Shown: piece after piece, positions 55,790 through 64,000 of the stretch
How the letters are laid out: the number at the start of each line of letters is the position of its first letter
How positions within the stretch are numbered: position 1 is the first letter of the stretch
Assembly (NCBI GenBank): GCA_013239625.1
Contig: MU053810.1
Location: 6,482,122 to 6,546,121, forward strand
DNA length: 64,000 nt
Source: Lama guanicoe
Lineage: Eukaryota
Direction of reading: 5' to 3'
Made by a program: the position numbers and the translations under genes
The notes under the pieces: generated by a model
Database searches by the model: none
What the model was told of the DNA's origin: nothing
The model's input: the letters and a program-made list of their open reading frames with translations, nothing else

Positions 55790-56540
55790 GAGTGACAGGG
55801 ACCCCAGCTCCACCGACCTGCCGCCAGAGAAATCAGCCTGAACAGGAGTTCCTCAGGGTGACCCGCCGAGGCGCCGGCCACCGGTTCCCGAGGCTCGGCC
55901 GGCACGGGTCCCGCTCTCGTTCCCGGTCCGGTTTCCCCAGGGCGGGCCTGGGGTCCTCGCACTCCCGGGGCCCCGCGCGCCCCAGACGTCCTGTGCGGCC
56001 CGGGGAGCGGCCTGGCTCCGCCCCCGCGGCCGCGGCGCAGCCCCTGCCTGGGCCAGACGCGGGCGTCTGCATCCTCCCCTCGGGGCGCAGGTTGGGGCGC
56101 TCCCGGCCCGGGCGGGACTCCCGAGGGGGCGGGCCGAGGCCGGCAGGAGGAGGAGGCAGCGGGCGCCTCGAGGATCCCAGCCCGCCCGTGACTCGTTTCC
56201 AGACCCTGGAAGAGTGTTTTCTTGGCCCCCGAGATCGCGGGGGACTGGAGGCCGCGCAGTCCGCCCCGCGCCGCTCTCTGGGCCCCAGGCAGGTGGGCAA
56301 ACCGCTAGGGCCTTCCTGGCACTCGGCCTGGGGCCGGGCGGCAGGGGGAGGCCCTGGAATCTCTGGAACCCTCTCGGACAGAGCCACTTTGCAGAAACAA
56401 ATTCTCCTTGCCTGTGCGCAGTGTCTTCTCCCAAGAGCCTCCCTCAGACTACGTGGGGCTCCTGCCACGAGGATAGCATCTCCAGGCCGGCAGGCTCCGG
56501 CACCGAAAGTGGGAGGGAAAGTGATTAATGACGTCTCCCC
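55790..56540. promoter_or_regulatory. MYO3A: CpG island, likely MYO3A promoter and non-coding first exon
   Basis: Only CpG-dense stretch in the window, about 11.5 kb upstream of the ATG exon. GC boxes near 56018, 56126 and 56261. Candidate minus-strand donor CAG|GTCGGT at 55817. Confidence 0.85.
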
Positions 56541-57496
56541 TCCAGACACAAGCTCACTTAAGTAGTTTAAGAAAGTTGAGGCTCAAGCTGAAGTCAAGGT
56601 AGCAACTTCTCAATTTCTGTCTTTAGGAAGAGGCCTGTTAGTTATCAGCCCTCCAGTTGGTCCTCTCTGTCCTCTGGCTGGGCTCAGTGGGTCAGTCCAT
56701 GCCGATCAGATTCCCCTGAAAAGCATCAAGGGACATTTTGGACATAGGTACACCTTCTTCTCCCTCAAAAAATGAGAACCATAAACAATTCTGTGATAGT
56801 GTTGATCGCCTAAATGGATCAGTCATTTATGATGTTGTCCAAATGAGAATTTGGGAAGACCAAACGGGCCATCTGTCAGTCCGTCCGTCTTAAGAAGAAG
56901 TATGGTCACTTGACTACATGCCAAAAATGCATTCAGCATATTCAAGATCCTTCCTCACAAAGTATCTTGGAAATCTAGAAGTTGGCTAAACAGTAAGTTT
57001 GTCTCAGAATATCATATATCTTGTTTAAAAGTGAAATCTCAGAATATTGAGAATGTCGTATCAATACTAACATATAAACAGATTCAAAATGTCAAGTCCT
57101 TTCTTTAAAAACTAAATCATGTCAGATATATAATTTAACATAAGAATTAATAAAGAGAGACCGAATGGCCGCATACAAAATAAAACAGGCCAACAATGAC
57201 CAGTTAAAATACAATGGAAAAAAAATACATTGGGAAAAAGGAATTCCATTCACAATAGAAATGAAGAACATAAAATAACTAGGAATGATTTTTAAAAAGA
57301 TAAACTATGGGAGATCTGGAAAAGAAAAAGGAAGGGCTAGTAAGAAATTACAACGTATTCTGTTTATTGGAGAGACATAGAATACCCTTAAGTGAGAAGA
57401 CATAATTTTAAATACATAATTACTACCTCCCAAATTAAGAGACAAAAATATTCTAAAATTCATCCAAGAAAGTACACAAGCAAGAACAGTTAAGAC

Positions 57497-57992
57497 CCGT
57501 GGTCTTCTGTCTACAGTCTGGAGGCATCTGGGGTCCCAGAAACACTTTCAGTGGGTTCACAGGAATGAAATTGCTTCTGTAACAATGTTAATACTTTTTT
57601 TCTCTCCTATTCTTTCACAAGTAGGCAGTGCAGATTTCCGGTGGCTGCAGGATATGTGACATCACAACAGATTGAATGCAGAAGCAGATGTCTTCTGTTA
57701 TGCCAAACATTAAAGGAATTTGCATGAATGTACAAGAATATCAATTCTCCTACTAAATTTCGTTTGTTTTGGAAGATATAATGATTTTTCATAAAAAAAA
57801 TGTTGTTTAACATGTGATGAGTTTCCTACTGTTTTAAAATTAATTTAGAAATAAACATACTTTTTATTTTCTTAGTTTCGATTTCTGATATGGTATATAT
57901 CAATGGATATAACACAAAAGCTCTTTGGAATCCTCAGTGATTTTTAGTAGTGTAAAAAAGTGTCTGAAAACCCCCAAATTTGGGGACCCTTT
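57497..57992 (+). mobile_element. hAT-Charlie DNA transposon remnant
   Basis: ggggtcccagaaacactttcag...caacagattgaatgcagaagcagat...aaatttggggaccc. Confidence 0.75.
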
Positions 57993-58769
57993 GGTAGCAG
58001 TGAAAAAAACCCATATTATTTAACAACATAAGAATAGAATAGTGTGTCCAATCTAATCAGCAGCGTACGACCATCAAGGATGGAGCCTGCAGTCCCGCGA
58101 TCAGGTATATTGACTCTGTAAGGGTGGGCACTGCCCACCAGAGAAACCATGAGGCCAAGTTTTGATAGGCTCAGAGCAGAGCAGGGCTGGGAGTAAAGGG
58201 ATCAACCTGACGTCTGGACTGCAGAATGAGCCCAGGGTCCCCTTTCCTTGGATAAATGTAGAATGTCAAATTCAGAAACACTTTATCTGAAGCTCTGCAC
58301 CTGAGCTGTAAGTCAAGGCTACTTCTCTGTATCAAAGTGAGTTAGAACCTCCATGCAAGAATACAATGCTTCATTCATACTAATATAGTTTCAAAATTTT
58401 TTGATATTCTATGTCTTTAGAGAACAAGATTTTCCAACGTTTCTTGAGTTCCACAGATCAAAGTTTCTCTTAATGTTCATTTTAACCAGTTTTCATTCAT
58501 ATACACAATGTTAGTGGAGGAGAAATGTCAAACACAGGGTGACTTCTCTGATAGCTGACTGGAATGACTCCTAACAGGCTGAAAATTTTAAGAAGTCATT
58601 TGGGAATTAGCCCCATAGCTGAAGTTTTTTCTTTCCTGGGGTAGTTGATTGGGAAGGAAAATAAAACACCAACCAGCCACTGGGTTCTGCTCTGATACAA
58701 AAATAACTCTGTGAAAAAAATATAAACAAACAAATAAGCATGCACATCTTTACGTATACGTTGGTTCTT

Positions 58770-59345
58770 TTTTCCTTTTTTCCTGCTTACTGAGATATAA
58801 TTGACATATAACATTGTGCAAGATTAAGATGTATTGCTATGATACATTTATACATTACAAAATGATTACTACCCAAGTATTAGCTAGCACCTCCAACATG
58901 GCGCACAGTTAACATTTCTTTTTTGTGGTAAGAACATTTAAAATCTACTGTCTTAGCAACATTCAAGTATATAATACAATACTATTAGTTATCATCACCA
59001 TGCTGTACATTAGATACTCAGAATTTGTTAATCTTACAACTGGAATTTGTGCTCTTTGACTAATATCTCTGCAGTTCCTCCACTACCACCATCCCCTCGC
59101 CTTCAACCACTATCTATTTTCTGTTCCTATGAGTCTGACGTTTTTAGATTCTACATAGAAGTGAGATCATACAGTGTTTGTCTTTCTCTATCTGGCTTAT
59201 TTCCCTTAGCATAATGCCCCCAAGTTTCATCCAAGTTGTCAGAAATGCAAATAGCACGATTGCCTTCTTTCTCATGGTTGAATAGTCATATCTATGTATG
59301 GCCACTTCTTCTTTATCCATTCATCACTTGGTGAACATTGAGGTT
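58770..59345 (-). mobile_element. L1MA-type 3' end
   Basis: tgagatataattgacatataacattgtg...gaacatttaaaatctactgtcttagc...ggcttatttcccttagcataatg. Confidence 0.88.
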
Positions 59346-60689
59346 GAATAGCCTTAGTTTAGCAGCATCATGCAGACTGTCACCACTCAGGAAATCTAAT
59401 GGTAAATCCAGTCAAGTGGTGATTCAGATGCTCCTGGGTAGATGTACACACAATGTGGTAGAGATGGAGGAAGGATGGAAGTAGAATCAATTCTGAAAGA
59501 AAATCACTTAGAAACATAAAGTTTTTGTTTTCTACTCGGTTACCGGAAATTTTGTGAAACTTATGCCTGAGTTTTCTAATTACGGAACAAAGCATTCACT
59601 CGCTTTGTATAATCAGATGCTGGGAATTTTCAGGCCAAAATGCACCTGGATTAGTATCGCCTTTTGACAGGATGCTATCATAGGTAACTTTGAAAAGATC
59701 GTGAACATACTCAGGCAAAAGCAGGCAGCCAAACAGCCAGGATGTTTCAAGTGTGGGAAATCCTCAGGAATAGGTGTGTCAGGAAGTCTGGGAGTGATAC
59801 AGAATGAAAATATCTCAGAGTCTGAGTTTGTGTAAAAGTACTGCAAGCTTATGAGGGGGCTTCCCAACTACCCTCTAGTGTCTAACATCCAACATGTTTT
59901 AGTTACCTAGTCCTTTCTGAATTATTATATTTCAATGGTGTGTACCTCATTTACTTTGGCTTATGTTTCCCCTGTGAAACTCAACTCTTAGACTGGCAAT
60001 AAAAAGAAAAATAGGATTCACCACACACATTTAACTTAATATATTGTCAGTTGCTCTCTTGGCTCCACTACTTCCTAACCATATACAATGTATGATATAT
60101 ATTTATTATGAGTACATTATTTAATGTTTCTATGCCTCAAGGCACTCATTGAGAAAATGGTGAATGATAAGAACATTATCCACATCACGGAGTTATTTTA
60201 AGGAGTAAATGAAAGTATCGTCATAAGGGGTCAGCACGTTAAATGGCATATAACACATAATTAACATACATTAGCTATAATTATTACTGTTGTTGTCATT
60301 ATTATAATTATCATTTTCTCACAGAAGGATTTCCAGGCTATTTTTTTTTTTTTTACAAATTTCTTTCACTCATATTCCAATACACCAACTATTTGAATTG
60401 AAAACCTTGGGTAACCTCATGGAAAGAGAAAGGCTCTTATTCTCAGTGAGATTCATTCTATTACTAGCTGTAAGAATTTTGTAAAATTCTCTTAATTTCT
60501 CTGAACTTTGATTTTTTCATATTTGTGTAACAAGATACATCATTGGTGCCTTTACGGAGATGCATATACTCAAGTTCAGAGATGTCAGGGCTGGTACTTT
60601 GTTGACTCAATAAATGCTCTACTACTTTAGCTATTATTCCCTTTTATAAAGAGCCTAATACTAAAATTGATGCGTTTCTTCAGAGGCAG

Positions 60690-60965
60690 CCAAAGTCAAG
60701 ACTGATAGAGAGTTTTCCCCCCAGAAATACCACTTAAAAACCAAATGATTGTTACACATGAAAGTTAAGAGAGTAAATCCTAAGAGTTTTCATCACAAGA
60801 AGAAATGTTTTTCTTTTCTTTTGTTTTGTGTCTATGTGACATGAGGGATGTTCCTGAAACTTACTGGGGAAACCGTTTCACTATGTCTGTAAGTCAAATC
60901 ATTATGCTGTATCTTTTAAACTTATACAGTGCTGTTTGTCAATTACATCTCAATAAAACTGGAAG
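60690..60965 (+). mobile_element. L1 extreme 3' end
   Basis: agagtaaatcctaagagttttcatcac...caattacatctcaataaaactggaa followed by a GA-rich tail. Confidence 0.8.
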
Positions 60966-61836
60966 GAAGGAGGGGAGGAAAGAAAGAAAGAAAGGAAGAA
61001 AAGGTCAAACACAGACCCCTTCACCTATATAAATCTGGAAGAATATATCAAGAATATTGACTTTTGTAATACAGAAATCTGGAATGGTTTTAAAAAATCT
61101 GTATCTCTAGATAACTTGTACATATGAATTTTAAAATTCACAAATACACTTAGAAACCTGAGACTTTCAAAAAAAGAAAAAAGAAAAAAGGAATGTTTCC
61201 TGGTTTAATTGCCTGTTACTAAATATTCTATAGAAATCTAAATACTGTGTCTGTGGCTCCAGAGAACTGACTGCTTTATGCTAATGACATTCCTTCGTTG
61301 AATGAGGGTCCCGAATTTTGTAATGAGTCCTAGCTTCCTCACGTAGATGATCAAATGTTCCAAAATAGAAAGATCAACACAGCCATTGCCTGGCTCTTTT
61401 TCAGCACAAGCACACCCAGGGGTCTGGTTTTGTCACTGAAGGGAGAGCCTCGGACTCAAGTTCTTGTGGTGCAGGACAGAGGGCTGCATCACATGCCCTG
61501 TGCCTGAGCTCATAGACACAGAAAGGCTGCTGGAGCTCTAGATTTCAAACCTGGTCCACCTGTTCTAATGAGGAGGCCTATGGGCAGTGACAGGTGCATC
61601 ATAGAACAAATGAAAGCAATCATTGTTATGAAGCAGTTGCACTTTTTCCTTGTTTCCTGGATTATTGCCAAAACTGCCTTCTTTGACAGAGATTTTCATA
61701 AATACTGCCCTTTGGAGCAGTAGGGACATGTAGGGGAAGAGAAGGAAAGAAAGGGATGAAAGAAATCTACAAAAAAATAATAATTTTTGTAAAAAAAAAA
61801 TTTTTTTTGCATCTCTGCTCCAAAGCAACCCTCCTT

Positions 61837-61970
61837 GGGGAAAGGGCATAGCTCAGAGGTAGTGTATGTGTTTAGCATCCATGAGGTCTCGGGTTCCATC
61901 CCCAGTACACCCATTAAAAAATAAATAAATACATAATACCTCTCTCAAAAAACCAAACAGACAAAAAACA
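61837..61970 (+). mobile_element. tRNA-derived camelid SINE (vic-1-like), more diverged
   Basis: ggggaaagggcatagctcagaggtag...gggttccatccccagtac, A-rich tail; degenerate TSD aagcaaccctcctt / acgcaaatctcctt. Confidence 0.85.
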
Positions 61971-63104
61971 ACGCAAATCTCCTTCAACACAAAGGAAGGG
62001 CCTAGGAGGATTATGTGAGTGTCATTTAACAACCATGAAATAGAGTTTTTAGGCAAACATGGTTCAGGGTGAACTTTCCCTCATTTTTGATATACTTCCC
62101 CTTCCCTGTGATTGCAATGGTTAATCAGCGGCCCAAGAGTTCAGAGCATGCACATCTATGGAAGAATTTTGTCCCCTTTGACTTAAGCAACCTCAGTAAA
62201 AATCCCAGTGTGCAGTCTTTTTTGAGACTTCCTGAAGCTGAAATGTAGACACCTCCTTGTCTCCTGTGTTACAAACGAATTTCTCATTTCACAACATGGC
62301 AAAATTCTTTGCCATGTAATTAACTGGAAGCTGAGAAGCATCAAGTGGTGAGGTGAAGCTGGTTGTCTTGGTGGTGTTAAATTATACATTTGGCTAAAGC
62401 TGAGGTAAAGTAATCCCACAGAGTTGGCTGAAATATTTACACTGGCAATTAGCATAATGGGGGCAGGAGATTCTGGACAAGATAGCTTTAAAAAGCAGGA
62501 AAACCAGTGAAGTTAATGTCAAACAAACAAACAATAACAACAAAATCCAAAGAACCAAATCCACTTTTGGAAGTAAGTTTAAACATGTGTTCTGATCCGT
62601 CAACATATTTTTTCTCTTCAAGTCCACCAAACGTGATTTTTCACCTCCTTTCATATATCTGCCTTTCTGATCTTTTAAAATTGTGACCCTCAGGGTGTAA
62701 TGAATTCTCATTTCACCGAGTTCAGCTGTAAGAGGAAACAAACATACTATGCACTGTCTGGGCCATCTGCCTACCGGGCCCTTTCCATTCACCACGGGAT
62801 TGAATCCTCACAAGAACCCGACAGGAAAGAAATTAGCATTTCCATCTAACAAAAGAGTAAACAAAGACAAAGAGAGGTTAAATAACTAACTCAAGGTTGA
62901 ACTATTTGTAAGTGGTGGACGCAGGTAGTGAGAAGCAATCTTATATGTAGTTGACATTGTATAGAGTGTGGAATGTGCAGCTGACTTGCCCTTTTCTAAA
63001 GGTTGCCTAAAATAGTCACTTCTTTGTTTTTAGACACTATGTTTGTAGACCAGTGTTCAGATAAGAAATGAGGGACTTTGATGTGCTAGATTGGTTGACT
63101 GTCT

Positions 63105-63845
63105 TCTTTTAAAAAAACTGTAGTGAAATAAATATAATGTAAAAATTCCCATCTTAACTCTTTTTAAGTGCACTGCTCAGTGGCATTAAGCACATTCACA
63201 TTATTATGCTACTATCACCACCATCCATTCATAGAACTGGTTTCATCTTGTAAAATTGAAACTCTGTGTCCATTAGACAGTGACTACCATTCCCCTTCCC
63301 CCAGCCCCTAGCAACCACCATCCTACTTTCTGTCTCCATGAATTGACTACTCTAGGTACCTCAGCTAAGTGGAATCACATGGCATATGTCCTTTTGTGAC
63401 TGGCTTATTTTACTTCGCATCATGTCCTCAAGGTTCATCCATGTTGTAGCATGTGTCAGAATTTCCTTCCTTTTTAAAGGCTGAATGATCTCCCATTGTA
63501 TGTGTGTATCACATTTTGTTTATTAATTCATGCATTGATGGACATGTGGGTTGCTTCCACCTTTTGGCTGTTGTGAATAATGTTGCTATGAGCATGGATG
63601 TATAAGCACCTCAAGTCTCTGCTTTCAATTCTTTTGATTATATATCCAAGAGAGGAATTGCTGGATCAAATGGTAATTTTATTACTTTTTTTTTTTTTTA
63701 GGAACAACCATACTGTTTTCCACAGAGGCTGTACCATTTTACATTCCCACCAACAGTGCATAAGGGTTCCAGTTTCTTCACATCCTTTCCAACGTTGGTT
63801 AAGTTCTGTTTTTTTTTAAGTAGCCATCCTCATGGATGGGAGATG
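63105..63845 (-). mobile_element. L1MB-type 3' end
   Basis: cagtggcattaagcacattcac...gactggcttattttactt...cattcccaccaacagtgcataagggttcc. Confidence 0.9.
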
Positions 63846-64000
63846 AGGTTGATTGCCTTTTAATGCATAGGTTTGCTTTTGTGTAGAAAGGTAGGAAGCT
63901 CCAAGGACACCCCCAAATATCTCACCACTGACTTATAAGTGAATCAGAAATTCCTTGCAATGTGTGAGTCATTGAAGGCTCTCAATAGAATGCATATTAG

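Noticed and set aside
55666..56565. Overlapping 257-, 238- and 193-aa ORFs on both strands
   Set aside because: Arg/Pro/Gly/Ala-rich ORFs expected from stop-codon scarcity in a CpG island; non-ATG or poor starts and no recognisable domain

Overview
Mammalian genomic DNA, very probably camelid (four tRNA-derived vic-1-like SINEs with target-site duplications). The window holds the 5' part of MYO3A (myosin IIIA, the kinase-myosin of hair-cell stereocilia and photoreceptors) on the minus strand. It has a CpG-island promoter at about 55.8-56.5 kb and eight coding exons (44295 down to 363; 168/135/105/100/77/146/66/156 nt, all GT-AG and phase-compatible). These encode an intact 318-codon N-terminal STE20-type kinase region; the motor domain lies beyond the left edge. 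The rest is intron or upstream sequence filled with L1, L2, CR1/L3, MIR, SINE, MaLR, ERVL, ERV1-like, Gypsy-like and DNA-transposon relics, several of them nested. I found no clearly new multi-gene system. The best leads are: an Arg-to-Trp change in the kinase activation loop; a 105-nt in-frame pseudo-exon that resembles exon 5 and overlaps a CArG/TATA element; several routes to a kinase-only product; cryptic exons in intron 6; and an L1 whose TSD overlaps a splice donor. Exon numbering, comparisons with human MYO3A and repeat family names come from memory, not from a search. Repeat boundaries without TSDs or terminal repeats are approximate.
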